Origin: Pristiophorus japonicus
Lineage: Eukaryota
Direction: 5' to 3'
DNA length: 64,000 nt
Assembly (NCBI RefSeq): GCF_044704955.1
Contig: NC_091989.1
Location: 116,312,001-116,376,000, forward strand
Below the pieces are notes generated by a model. The model did not search any database, had not been told where the DNA came from, and saw nothing but the letters and a program-made list of their open reading frames with translations. Position numbers and translations under genes: made by a program. Shown here in pieces: positions 1 through 13,760 of the stretch; the stretch's first letter is position 1, and every line of letters begins with the position of its first letter.

Positions 1-3000
1 GCAGGAAAAAAATGGTAAAAAAACAAATTTAAAAACTCTTTATCTGAATACACGCAGCATTCGTAACAAAATAGATAGTGGATAGTCAAGGGGCTATGGG
101 GAGGGGGGGGGGGCGGAGGAACTTACCACAATCACAATCACTAAGGAGGTGGTACTCACTAAGGATAATGGGACTAAAGGTGGATAAATCCCCTAGATCT
201 GATGGCTTGCATCCTAGGGTCTTGAGAAGTAGCAGCAAGGATTGTGGATGCATTGTTTGTAATTTACCAAAATTCCCTGGATTCTGGGAGGTTCCTAGCA
301 GATTGGAAAACTGCAAATATAACGCCCCTATTTAAAAAAGGAGCCAGACAAAAAGCAGGAAACTATAGACCAGTTAGCCTAACATCTGTGGCTGGGAAAA
401 TGTTGTAGTCCATTATTAAAGAAGCAGTAGCAGGACATTTGGAAAAGCATAATTCAGTCAGGCAGTCAGCATGGATTTATGAAGGGGAAGTCATGTTTGA
501 CAAATTTTCTGGAATTCTTTAAGGATGTAACGAACAAGGTGGATAAAGGAGAACCAGTGGATGTGGTGTATTTGGACTTCCAGAAGGCATTTGACAAGGT
601 GCTACATAAAAGGTTACTGCACAAGATAAAAGTTCATGGGGTTGGGGGTAATATATTAGCATGGCTAGAGGATTGGCTAACTAACAGAAAACAGAGTGTC
701 GGGATAAATGGTTCATTCTCGGGTTGGCAATCAGTAACTAGTAGGGTGCTGCAGGGATCAGTGCTGGGACCCCAACTATTTACAATCTATATTAACGACT
801 TAGATGAAGGGACTGAGCATAATGTAGCCAAGTTTGTTGACGATACAAAGATTGGAGGAAAAGCAATGTATGAGGACACAAAAAACCTGCAAAAGGACAT
901 AGACAGGCTAAGTGAGTGGGCAGAAATTTAGCAGATGGTGTATAATGTTGGAAATGTGAGGTTATGAACTTTGGTAGAAAAAAAAAATCAAAGAGCAAGT
1001 TATTATTTAAATGGAGCAAAATTGCATGGTGCTGCAGTACAACGGGACCTGGGTGTCCTGGTGCATGAAACACAAAAGATTAGTATGCAGGTACAGCAAG
1101 TGATCAGGAAGGCCAATGGAATCTTGGCCTTTATTGTAATGGGGATGGAGTATAAAAGCAGGGGGGGATGGAGTATAAAAGCAGGGAAGTGTTGCTACAG
1201 TTATACAGGGTGTTGGTGAGGCCACAACTGGAATACTGTGTACAGTTTTGGTTTCCGTATTTAAGAAAGGATATACTTGCTTTGGAGGCTGTTCAGAGAA
1301 GGTTCACTAGGTTGATTCTGGAGATGAGGGGGTTGACTTATGAGAAAAGGTTGAAAAGGTTGGGCCTATACTCACTGGAATTCAGAAGAATGAGAGGTGA
1401 TCTTATAGAAATGTATAGAATGAGGAAGCTTGACAAGGTGGATGCAGAGAGGATGTTTCCACTGATGGGGAAGACTAGAACTAGAGGGCATAATCTTAGA
1501 ATAAGGGGTTTCCCATTTAAAACTGAGATGAGGACGAATTTCTTCTCTCAGAGGGTTGTAAATCTGTGGAATTCTCTGCCCCAGAGAGAAGTTGGGTCAT
1601 TGAATAAATTTAAGACAGAGATAGAGTTTCTTAATCAATAAGGGAATAAGGGGTTATGGGGAGCGGACGGGGAAGTGGACTCGAGTCCATGATCGGATCA
1701 GCCATGATCGTATTAAATGGTAGAGCATGCTCGAGGGGCCGTATGGCCTACTCCTGCTCCTCTTTCTTCTGTTCTTATGTAGATGAGTTGACGGCACAAA
1801 TAGCCATTACAGAGACGTGGTTGCAAGGTGACCAAGGATGGGAACTAAATATTCAGGGGTATTTGACAATTTGGAAGGACAGACAGAAAAGAAAGAGAGG
1901 TGGGGTAGCTCTGTTAATAAAGGATGAGATCAGTGCATTAATGAGAAACGATATTGACTCAGAAGATCAAGACGTTGAATCAGTTTGGGTGGAGATAAGG
2001 AATAGGAAGGAGAAAAAGTCGCTGGTGGGCGCAGTCTATAGGCCCCTTAACAGTAGCTACACTATTGGACGGAGTATAAATCAAGAAATAATGGAGGCTT
2101 GTAAAAAAGGAATGGCAATAATCATGGGCAATTTTAACCTTCATATTGATTGGACAAAGCAAATTGGCCAGGGTAGTCTTGAGGAAGAGTTCATAGAGTG
2201 TATCCGGGATAGTTTCCTTGAACAGTATGTTGCGGAACCAACCAGGGAGCAGGCTATCTTAGATCTGGTACTGTGTAATAAGACAGGATTAATAAATGAT
2301 CTCCTACTAAAGGTTCCTCTAGGAATGAGTGACTGTAGCATGGCTGAATTTCAAATTCAGTTGGAGGGTGAGAAAGTTGGACCTCAAACCAGTGTCCGAA
2401 GCTTAAATAAAGGAGACTGAAGGCAGAGTTGACTAAAGTGGACTGGGAAAATAGATTAAAGTGTGGGATGGTTGATGAGCAGTGACAGACATTTAAGGAG
2501 ATAGTTCATAAACTCACAACAAAAATATATTCCAATAAGAAGGAAAGACTGTAAGAGAAGGGATAACCATCTGGGGCTAACTAAGGAAATAAGGGATGGT
2601 ATCAAATTGAAAACAAGGGCATACAAAGTAGCCAAGACTAGTGAAAGGCCAGAGGATTGGGAAACTTTTAAAAGCCAGCAAAGAACGACTAAAAAAAGAA
2701 TAAAGAGAGGGAAGATAGATCATGCAAGCAGCACGAAATATAAAAACAGATAGCAAGAGTTTCTACAGGTACATAAAAAGGAAAAGAGTGGCTAAAGTAA
2801 ATGTTGGTCCCCTAGAGGATGGGGAATTAATAATTGGGAACAAGGAAATGGCAAAGACTTTGAACAAATATTTTGTATCAGTCTTCACGGTAGAAGACAC
2901 TAAAAACATCCCAATAGTAGATAATCAAGGGGCTATAGGGAGGGAGGAACTTAATACAATCACTAAAAAAAGTAGTACTTGGTAAATTAATGGGAATAAA

Positions 3001-4485
3001 GGCGGACCAGTCCCCTGGACCTGATGGCTTGCATCCTAGGGTCTTAAAAGAAGTGGCTGCAGAGATAGTGGATGCTTTGGTTGTAATCTACCAAAATTCC
3101 CTGGATTCTGGGGAGGTCCCAGCGGATTGGAAATCCGTAAATGTAACGCCCCTATTTAAAAAAGGAGGCAAACAGAAAACAGGAAACTATACACCGGTTA
3201 GCCTAACATCTGTCTTTGGGAAAATGTTGGAGGCCATTATTAAGGAAGCAGCAGCAGGACATTTGGAAAGGCATGATTCAATCAAGCAGAGTCAACATGG
3301 TTTTATGAAAGGGAAATCATGTTTGACAAATTTGCTGGAGTTCTTTGAAGATGTAACGAGCAGGGTGGATAAGGCGAAACCAGTGGATGTGGTGTATTTG
3401 GATTTCCAGAAGGCATTCGATAAGGTGCCACATAAAAGGTTACTGCACAAGGTAAAAGTTCACGACGTTGGGGTAATATATTAGCATGGATAGAGGATTG
3501 GCTAACTAACAGAAAACAGAGTCGGGATAAATGGGTCATTTTCCAGTTGGCAAACAGTAACTAGTGGGGTGCCGCAGGGATCAGTGCTGGGGCCTCAACT
3601 ATTTACAATCTACATTAATGACTTGAATGAAGGGATCGAGTGTAATGTAGCCAAATTTGCTGATGATATAAAGATGGGTGGGACAGCAAATTGTGAGGAG
3701 GACACAAAAAATCTGCAAAGGGATATAGACAGGCTAAGTGAGTGGCCAAAAATTTGGCAGATGGAGTATAATGTGGGAAAATGTGAAGTTTGGCAGGAAA
3801 AAAATAGAAAAGCAAATTGTGCATGAATCACAAAGTTAGTATGCAGGTACAGCAAGTAATCAGGAAGGCAAATGGCATGTTGGCCTTTATTGCAAGGGGG
3901 ATGGAGTATAAAAGCAAAGAAGTCCTGCTACAACTGTACAGGATATTGGTGAGGCCACACCTAGAGTACTACGTAGTTTTGGTCTCCATATTTAAGGAAG
4001 GATATACTTGCATTGGAGGCAGTTCAGAGAAGATTCACTCGGTTGATTCCAGAGATAAGGGGGTTGACTTATGAAGATAGGTTGAGTAGGTTAGGCCTAT
4101 ACTCATTGGAGTTCAGAAGAATGAGAGGTGACCTTATCGAATGAGGGGGCTCGACAAGGTGGATGCATAGAGGATATTTCCACTCATAGGGGAAACTAAA
4201 ACAAGCCGCCCATTTAAAACTGAGATGAGGAGGAATTTCTTCTCTCAGGCAGTTGTAAACCTGTGGAATTCTCTGCCCCAGAGATCTGTGGAGGCTGGGT
4301 CATTGAATATATTTAAGGAGGAGATAGACAGATTTTTGAGTGATAAGGTAATAAAGGGTTATGGGAGCGGGCAGGAAAGTGGAGCTGAGTCAATGATCAG
4401 ATCAACCATGATCTTTTTAAATGGCAGAGCAGGCTCGAGGAGCCAAATGGCCTACTTCTGCGCCTATTTCCTTATGTTCTTATGT
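1..4485 (+). mobile_element. CR1-clade LINE (ORF2 endonuclease-RT, decayed), interrupted at ~77-1779 by a second CR1
   Basis: The endonuclease N-terminus (LYLNTRSIRNKID) at 1-76 resumes at 1780 (DELTAQIAITETWL). RT motifs DFQKAFDKVPH, PQGSVLGPQLFTIYINDL and KFADD follow. The element ends in a cttatgttcttatgt tail and carries many frameshifts. Confidence 0.9.
77..1779 (+). mobile_element. 5'-truncated CR1 LINE nested in the endonuclease domain of another CR1
   Basis: RT and C-terminal fragments (ORFs 479-931 and 1168-1641), 3' UTR ending gttcttatg, and tagat repeated at 72-76 and 1780-1784. Confidence 0.85.
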
Positions 4486-5016
4486 AGGACTAATTTGCAG
4501 GGTTATGGGGAAAAAACTGGGGTGAGGGACTAAATTGGACCGCACTTTGAGAGAACTTGTGCAGGCAAGTTGAATAGCCACATTCTGTACTGTAAGATTC
4601 TATGATCAGTACATGTTACAAAAACATTGAGTTAGGCTAGGTGCCAGGAAGTAATACTATTTAGAGAACTATAGACCTGTGGAACAGCTTGCCTGTACAT
4701 GTGGTGAGTGTGAATTCACTGCAAGCCTTTAAAAGGGAATTGAACAAGAAGGTGGGTGATATCAGTCAGCTTAGACTCCCGGAGCTTACTCGACTGCATT
4801 TTGGGTTCGAGAGGAATTTCTCAGAGTTGTTTCCCCTAAATTGTCCTCAGGTTTTTACTCTGGCTTTTTGCCTCTCCCAGGAGATTGAGTGTCTCTGGGG
4901 TTGAGGTGATTTTTGTGTAGGCTGCACCATGTTGGGATGAGACAGACTTGATGGAGTAGCTGATCTTTTTCAGTCTTTTTTTGTACGTTCTGAAATAAAA
5001 GCAATAAATATACTAT

Positions 5017-6810
5017 ATAGAAACATAGAAAATAGGTGCGGGAGTAGGCCATTCGGTCCTTCAAGACTGCACCACCATTCAATAAGATCATGGCTGATCA
5101 TTTACCTCAGTACCCCTTTCCTGCTTTCTCTCCATACCCCTTGATCCATTTAGCCATAAGGGCCATATCTAACTCCCTCTTGAATATATCTAACGAGCTG
5201 GCATCAACAACTCTCTGTGGTAGGGAATTCCACAGGTTCACAACTCTGAGTGAAGATGTTTCTCCTCATCTCTGTCCTAAATGGCTTACCCCTTATCCCT
5301 AGACTGTGACCCCTGGTTCTGGACTTCCCCAACATCGAGAACATTCTTCCTGCATCTAACCTGTCCAATCCCGTCAGAATTTTATATGTTTCTATGAGAT
5401 TCCCTCTCATTCTTCTAAACTCCAATGAATACAGGCCCAGTTGATCCAGTTTCTCCTCATAGGTCAGTCTTGTCATCTGGTGAACCTTCACTGCACTCCC
5501 TCAATAGCAAGAACGTTCTTCCCCAGATTAGGAGACCAAAACTGAACACAATATTCCAGGTGAGGCCTCACCAAGGCCCTGTACAACTGCAGTAGGACCT
5601 CCCTGCTCCTATACTCAAATCCCCTAGCTATGAAGGCCAACATACCATTTGCCTTCCTCACCGCCTGCTGTACCTGCATGCCAACTTTCAATGACTGATA
5701 TACCATGACACCCAGGTCTCGTTGCACCTCCCTTTTTCCTAATCTGCCGCCATTCAGATAATATTCTGCCTTCACGTTTTTGCCACCAAAGTGACAACCT
5801 CACATTTATCCACATAATACTGCATCTGCCATGCATTTGCCCACTCACCTAACCTGTCCAAGTCACCCTGCAGCCTCTTAGCATCCTCCTCACAGGTCAC
5901 ACCGCCATCCAGCTTAGTGTCATCTGCAAACTTGGAGATATTACATTCAATTACTTCATCTAAATCATTGATGTATATTGTACATAGCTGGGGTCCCAGC
6001 ACGGAGCCCTGCAGCACCCCACTAGTCACTGCCTGCCATTCGGAAAAGGACCCATTTATCCCGACTCTCTGTTTCCTGTCTGCCAACCAGTTTTCTATCC
6101 ACGTCAATACATTACCCCCAATACCATGTGCTTTAATTTTGCACAACCAATCTCTTGTGTGGTACCTTGTCAAAAGCTTTTTGAAAGTCCAAATACACCA
6201 CATCCACTGGTTCTCCCTTGTCCACTCTACTAGTTACATCCTCAAAAAATTCTAGAAGATTTCTCAAGCATGATTTTCCTTTCATAAGTCCATGTTGACT
6301 TGGATCGATCCTGTCACTGCTTTCTAAATGCGCTGGTATTTCATCTTTAATAAGTGATTCCAACATTTTCCCCACTACCAATGTCAGGCTAACCAGTCTA
6401 TAATTACCCGTTTTCTCTCTTCCCTCCTTTTTTAAAAAGTGATGTTACATTAACTACCCTCCAGTCCATAGGAACTGATCCAGAGTCGATAGACTGTTGG
6501 AAAATGATCACCAATGCATCCACTATTTCTAGGGCCACTTCCTTAAGTACTCTGGGATGCAGACTATCAGGCCCTGGGGATTTATCTGCCTTCAATCCCA
6601 TCAATTTCCCTAACATAATTTCCTGACTAATAAAGATTTCCTTCAGTTCCTCCTTCTCGCTCGATCCTCTGTCCCCTAGTATTTCTGGAAGGCTATTGAA
6701 GACAGAACCAAAGTATTCATTCAATTGGTCTGCCATTTCCCTGTTCCCCATTATAAATTCACCTGATTCTGACTGCAAGGGACCTACGTTTGTCTTCACT
6801 AATCTTTTTC
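5017..6810 (-). mobile_element. 5'-truncated CR1 LINE (subfamily with tttctatg-type tail)
   Basis: Minus-strand RT fragments (LLEFFEDVT, KFADDTKL, RPHLEYCVQFWSP); atagaaacatagaaa tail at 5017. Confidence 0.9.
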
Positions 6811-8933
6811 CCTATGCAGTACAATATGGAGAATACTGCACTCTGGGTTGCACTGAAATCATTTGACAAAATTCTCTCGCCAGTACAGTACGGCACCAAT
6901 CTCAGGCTCTAAAAAGCTTGAAATTACCAATCACTGCAATGATTTCTCTATTTTAAAAAAAGATCAAAATTCATAAACAATTTATTTGGTATTCAATGCG
7001 ACTCTTCGTGTTTCTCTGTTGGATAGTCACTGCAGTTTATATCGTTCACCCTCACTGGAGGATATTGATGACTCGACCACCAAAGGGTTCTTGTATAAAT
7101 GCAATTCTAATGGGTCTCTGTTCATGGCAGCTGTACATCAGTTTCTTCTGTAAATGGTGTGAAAGTTCCATGATTCGTGAGCCAAGATGTTTGTGTGATA
7201 TTATACATAAAAAAACATGAGTGTTTGAGTTTAGTTTTTCATGTGCCTTCTATAAATAATGGTGGTGTCCTGGGACTGAATGCTTCAGTATCTGCCATGC
7301 TATTGGTGCCTTTACTTTGGATGATGTGCGTGGAAGGATGTTTTGCAGCTAGTCAGTAATGTGTTATCTTAGAACAGCACATGGCAGGTGCCTGTGGCTT
7401 TTAAAACTGTATTATCTTCAGAAAGCAGAGAAATATCCATTTAACACAAAAACAAAATCATACAATTACTATAAATCATGTATGAACAAACTCTTGGCTG
7501 CAGTTCCACTACAGTCAGTACGGAGCTGACAACCTCAATGAGCTGAATCCCTGACCAGCAGGAAGGCTTTGTTGGCCTCTTGGTTTGTGCTAATAAGGTT
7601 CACTGTTCGTTCAACCATTTTGTAGGATCCAGCTGGATGACTATAAATTATTTAAATATGTTTGTTGCTTCTGTCTCTCGATTTAGTCCACTCCTCTACT
7701 GAAGCAGTGCCTCTCTGAGCTATTGTTGCAATAGTGCCCACAGCTCATGTGTGCAACTAGACAGCGAGAGGCAACAGACTATGGGGTATCACAGCAGAGA
7801 ACATTTCGATTCATTCGCTGTTAATACACGTTCAGGGGTTAAACACAAGGATATCTCCGACCACTTCCTTGTATGCCTTGGCACCCACATTCCCCTACCT
7901 CCTTCCAAATCCACTTCCTACAGAAAAACTCTCCCCAAGTCACTCATGCTTTCAAATTTCCAAGCGTCTGGCCAATCACTCGCCACAGGGGTCACTACAT
8001 AATGATGGACAGTGGGAATCCTGGCTGCTTTTATTTCTCTTCCCCGCACCTCCCTTTTGCCCAGTTGGTCAATAGTCACGTCTGCCCGGTCACCCAGCTG
8101 AGGTCAGCTAATTTAGCAAAGGATTTAATCTGGGATCTTCCGTCATGGTGCAAAAGCCATTGGAGCACTTCAGATATGATTTAATAAGGCACTGTTAAAA
8201 TAAATTCTGAAATAGGATTTGTTCTGCTTTTAAGGTCACGGGGATTTCTTAATTTCCTCTCTCCAGTCATGCTGTACGAGTTTCTGGTAAACACGGCCTG
8301 TTGTGCTGGGTATTCATCTGTAAAATTTAGTTCAAAATACTGCACTCTTTCAGAAGATGACAGTTTAAATTGATTCCATTATTTAAAACCTATCGGAACA
8401 ACTTTGCATTACACAATCAGACCTCCTGTCTGTTGTGGTCATTTGATCTGCAACCTAACAATAAATGAGTAATTCAAATATAATCCTCCATTCAGGGACC
8501 AGCTAACACCCACTGACAGACAGCCTTTATCTTTGCTGCACAAAGTGTATTATCCAGTATCACACTTCAATAGCTCACTGGTCTGGTTCTCAATAGTGGT
8601 ACAACCACTGTCAAAACGAGGCTTGGGACACAGCCCATCAGAAGTCAGCGTGAAAATTAATCTGTGTCTGAAACAACTGCATCTCAGATTGTACTGTTCT
8701 GTTTCTGGGCAGTACAAGGTGTGTAGTGATAATCCTGAACTGTTTAATACAATCATATACAAGTACAGGCCTGTGGGAAGCTTAGATCCCTATTGGTCCC
8801 TGTGAATAAGACAGGAAATTAGAGGGGTAATTGTGAAGTTCGGTAGCCATGAATTCTTTCCAATGTTATAAATGTTGGTTGGGAGAGTTGCAAGGGTGCT
8901 CATTGGAGGTATGCACAGTACCATATTACTTAC

Positions 8934-9063
8934 TGATCTGCCCAGGGTACACAATGGCTTCCAGAGAAGAGCATTCATAGTAGCATTCTGCAGGGGGTTC
9001 CAACTTCCAGTGTTTGATGCCCCTGATTTGGGCCTGCCATGACGGATTATCTACATCATCAAT
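8934..9063 (-). CDS. Exon 3 of the C6orf89/BRAP-family cupin (JmjC-like) gene: IDDVDNPSWQAQIRGIKHWKLEPPAECYYECSSLEAIVYPGQI
   Basis: Acceptor tttttttttctttag, donor gtaagt, 130 nt, phase-compatible with exon 2. SWQAQxxGxKxW and PGQ/E are typical cupin/JmjC strand motifs. Confidence 0.88.
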
Positions 9064-9404
9064 CTAAAGAAAAAAAAACAAGTGGCAAAAACATTTTAAC
9101 ACCAAATATAAAGAACGGGAATGTTTAAAGCCCAAAGGCAGTGACCAGTACATGGTAATAGGTCAGATAGCTCAGGGTCATATGCTTAGGGCTTAGCGTT
9201 TATCAGTAATGTGAAGCAGGCAAAGGAAAATGAACTCTTGTGGTGCATTCATAATCCACAAGTTCGTAGTTGTTTGAAACCTGAAACTGCTTCATAAAGC
9301 AGAGCTGAAATGCTATTTGGGTGCAAAGGCCCAAACTGACTCTGAGGCACAGCTAAGTGAGACTCCCTCCTTCAAGAAGCACCACTACGCTTCACTCTGG
9401 TGTC

Positions 9405-10512
9405 AGAACATAACACAAGAAATAGGAGCAGGAGTAGGCAATTTGGCCCCTCAAGCCTGCTCTGCCATTCAATAAGATCATGGCTGATTTGATCCTGGCC
9501 TCAACTCCACTTCCCTGCCCACTCCCCATAACCCGTGACTCCCTTATCGTTCAAAAATCTGTCTATCTCCACCTTAAATATATTCAATGACCCAGCCTCC
9601 ATAGCTCTCTGAGGTAGAGAATTCCAAATATTCACGACCCTCAGAGAAGAAATTCCTCCTCATTTCCGTTTTAAATGGGCGACCTCTTATTCTGAAACTC
9701 TGCCTCCTAGTTTGAGATTCCCCCATGAGGGGAAACATCCTCTCTACATCTACCTGGTCAAGCCCCCTCAGAATCTTATACGTTTCAATAAGATCATCTC
9801 TCAGTCCACTAAACTCCAATGAGTATAGGCCCAACCTGCTCAACCTTTCTTCATATGACAGCCTCTTCATCTCAGGAATCAACCTCTTGAACCTGTTCTG
9901 AACTGCCATCAATGCAAGTATATCCTCCTTAAATAAGACCAAAGCTGTACACAGTACTCTAGGTATGATCTTACCAATACCCTGTACAGTTGTAGCAGGA
10001 CTTCCCTACTTTTATACTCCATCCCCTTTGCAATAAAGGCCAACATTCCATTTGCCTTCCTAATTACTTGCTGTACTTGCATGATAACTTTTTTGTGTTT
10101 CATGTACAAGGACCGCCAGATCCCTCTGTACTGCAGCATTTTGTAATCTCTCCCCATTTAAATAATAATTTGCTTTTTTATTTTTTCTACTAAAATGGAT
10201 AACCTCACATTTTCCCACAATATCTGCCAAATTTTTGCCCACTCACTTAGCCTATCTATATTCCTTTGCAGATTATTTGCGTCCTCCTCACAACTTGCTT
10301 TCCCACCTATCTTTGTATCATCAGCAAATCTGGCTACATTACACTCTGTCCCTTCATCCAAGTCATTAATATAAATAGTAAATAGTTGGGGCCCCAGCAT
10401 TGAACCCTGTGGCACTCTACTAGTTAGTTTGCCAACCTGAAAATTACCCATTTATCCCGACTCTCTTTTCTGTTAGTTAGCCAATCCTCTATCCATGCCC
10501 AACCCGTGAGCT
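9405..10512 (-). mobile_element. 5'-truncated CR1 LINE
   Basis: RT C-terminal fragments (ORFs 9574-10451) and the CR1 3' UTR. Confidence 0.9.
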
Positions 10513-11939
10513 CAGGTCAGGTCCCACTCCACATTTGCACTATAACTGGTTAAGACTAACAGCTGTGGTGTAAATGCACCAGTAAACCCCATTCACTAAA
10601 CAGATATTAAAGGAGAACTAGGGAGAAAGAGAAGAGATTGATGCACATTCATCTTCAAGAATTAACTCTTTCCATTTGGCCTTGCTAGAGATTAAATTTC
10701 AATGTACTCTCCTCCTGCTTCGAAAATATGCTACAAGGTTTAAGAAGTCACAATGCTCTTAAAACAACCAATATGGGCTTTATATAAGGGCATGATTAAA
10801 AAGTTTTGAGATGATTTAAAACATCAATCTATCCCAGCATGCATTTCCTTTAGCATTTTGTGTGGCAGAGGAAATGTGGGAGAAAGGAAAATCTTAATTT
10901 TGTCTCTGTAGATGAAGAGAGTGTTTGGAAACGCAAGGGCAGAGAATGAAAATATCTAGGTCTTGGGAATGGAATAAACATTTCGCCTAAGTACTTACTG
11001 TATTATTAACAAAGCATATAGCACAAAAGCAAAGGATGGAAAGATTATGAGCTGGGTAAACACCTAAAAACACAGCCTCAGCTAAACGTGTAACCTATGT
11101 ATTATGTAAGCACAGGCCAAGGTTGTATTATAGCATAAGAATAGAACCCGTTTCCCTTTTAAGGCAGAGTGTTCTCAAGGTCTGGAGCCACACAGCCATG
11201 CTCAGGGCCTGGAGGGCAGGTACTGCTCACCCCAGGACTTGCGTTGTTCGCTTGGGTCGCAGCGTGCTATCGAAGTGGTCGGAGCCTGGGAACCTGGTTG
11301 TATTATTTGCACATCATTTAATATAAAATGGAAGACCAAATTGGTCAGTGTAATAAAGCCACAATGCAGCCAGTGTCGGATCACTGAATAACAGACCACA
11401 ACTTCAGGATCTCGGAGTTGAGATGTGCATGTGCTACATCCTGAAGTTGTAGTCAGTTTCAAAGGAGTAATAACGCCGAACAGTGGTAATTCGCCGTCAT
11501 TACCCACTGCAAATTCCGGCCCAATATTTGAAACAGAAAATTATAAAAGGATACAGTGAAAGAGAAGAGAAACAGGATTCGAGCAGATAGCTCCCACTGT
11601 GCCAAATCTCTTTTGTACTGATTTTCCATGAATTATGATTAACATTCTTTTTGATTTTAGTCTTTGTTGATATAAAAATTATTTATTTAAAAAATTGTTT
11701 TTATTTGAATATGGAGAGATGATGACATTATAAGAGAACTGGCGTAATGGGTTATTGAGTCCAACATGTGAAATGGAAGACATAGCAAAGAAGATCACAA
11801 TGCCATGTGTTGGACAAGTCTTTTTTAATGAGCACACAGGGATTTTTCTTCAATTCTGGTAAGTCCCATCCCGCTTTACATTTGGAGCTGTAGCATGCAA
11901 TATTGCTTTATCCACAGTAATTTATTTCTCCATCTCAGA

Positions 11940-13400
11940 TCTTACCTTTTAGCCAACTCCTCCTTCGCCATCCCTGGTGATACAGTGGTATACAGTTGGG
12001 AGAGTGGCCCTGGGAGTCCTCAACATTGACTCCGGAACCCATGAAGTCTTGTGCCATCAGGTCTAACATGGGCAAGGAAACCTCCTGCTTATTACCACCT
12101 ACCGCATACCCTCAGCTGATTAATTAGTACTCCTCCATGTTGAACACAACTTGGAGGAAGCACTGAGAGCAGCAAGGGCACAGAATGTACTCTGGGTGGG
12201 GGACTTCAACGTCTATCACCAAGAGTGGCTCAGTAGCACCAGACTGGGCTTGCGGCAATGGTGCAAGAACCAACACGAGCGAAAAAACCTCATCCTCATC
12301 AATCTACCTGTCGCAGATGTGCCTGTCTATAACTATCGGTCGGAGTGAGCACCGCACAGTCCTTGTGGAGACAAAGTCCCGTCTTTACACTGAGGACACC
12401 CTCTATCATATTGTGTGGGGTAGATTCAGAACAGATCTAGCAGCTCAAAACTGGACATCCATGAGGCTCTGTGGGCCATCAGCAGCAGCAGAACTGCATT
12501 CCACCACAATCTGTAACCTCATGGCCCGGCATATCCTCACTGCTATCAATATCAAACCAGGTGACTGACCGGATCACTGAAGAGTGTAGAAGAGCATGCC
12601 AGGAGCAGCACCAGGTGTACCTAAAAATGAGGTGCCAACCAGGTGAAGCTACAACACAGGACTGCATACATGCTAAACAGCAGAAGCAGCAAGCGATCCC
12701 ACAACCATCGGATCATATCAAAGCTCTGCAGTGCTGCAACAGAGTCGTGAATGGTGGTGGACAATTAAACAATTAACAGGAGGAGGAGGCTCCATGAATA
12801 TCCCCATCCTCAATGATGGTGAAGCCCAGCACTGGAGTGCAAAAGACAAGGCTGAAACGTTCGCAAATGTCTTCAGCCAGATGTCCCGAGGTCCTCCCCA
12901 TCACAGAAGCCAGTTTTCAGTCAATTCAATCCACTCCATGTGATATCAAGAAACGGCTCAGCGTAATGGAAATGTTAAAGACTATGGGTCCAGTCAACAT
13001 CCCAGCTAAAGTGCTAAAGGGTTGTGCTCCAGAATTAGCTGTACCTCCAGCCAAACTGTTCCAGTACAGCTACAACACTGGCATCTACCCAACAAAGTGG
13101 AAAATTGCCCAGGTATGTCCTGTCCTCAAAAAGCTGGACAAATCCAATTTTGCCTATTACTGTCCCCATCTGCCTACTCTCAATCATCAACAAAGCGTGG
13201 AAGGTGTCGCCGATTGTGCTATCAAGTGGCACTTGCTCATCAATGCTCAGTTTGGGTTCTGCCAGGACCACTCAGCTCCAGACATCATTACAGCCCCCTG
13301 GTCCAAACATGGACAAAAAAGTTGAATTCCCGAGAGTGACTGCCCTGGACATCAAGGCAGCATGTATGTGGCATCAAGGAGCCCTAGTAAAGTTGAAGTC
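11940..13400 (+). mobile_element. Decayed non-LTR retrotransposon (APE endonuclease and RT N-terminal half; CR1/Jockey-superfamily, distinct from the main CR1)
   Basis: VLWVGDFNV endonuclease motif, MGPVNIP, GIYPTKWKIAQVCPV, QFGF, and ALDIKAA..WHQGAL. Confidence 0.75.
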
Positions 13401-13760
13401 GTAGAATTACATAGAATATACAGCACAGAAACAGGTCATTTGGCCCAAATAGTGCATGTTTATGTTCCACTCAAGCCTCTTCCCATCTTTCCTCATCTAA
13501 CTCCATCAGCATAACCCTCTATTCCCTTCTCTCTCATATACTTATCAAGTCGCCCAGAAATGCATCTGTACTATTTGCCTCAACCACTCCATGTGGTATC
13601 AAGTTCCACATTCTCACCACTCTGAGTACAGAGGTTTCTTTCGAATTTCCTGTTTGGTTTCTTGGTGACTATCTTATACTGATGGCCTTTAGTTTTGCTC
13701 TTTCCCAAGAGTGGAAAAACTCTCTCTCTCTGTACTCTATCAAAACTGTTCATAATCTTG
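13401..13760 (-). mobile_element. Old CR1 3' fragment
   Basis: Minus-strand FKIMNSFDRV..FPLLGKSKTKGHQYK and a CR1-like 3' UTR. Confidence 0.7.

Noticed and set aside
4486-8930. Search for exon 4 of the cupin gene here (and for TMPPE exon 3 after 56565)
   Set aside because: No segment with the expected motifs and splice phase was found; both exons probably lie outside the window.
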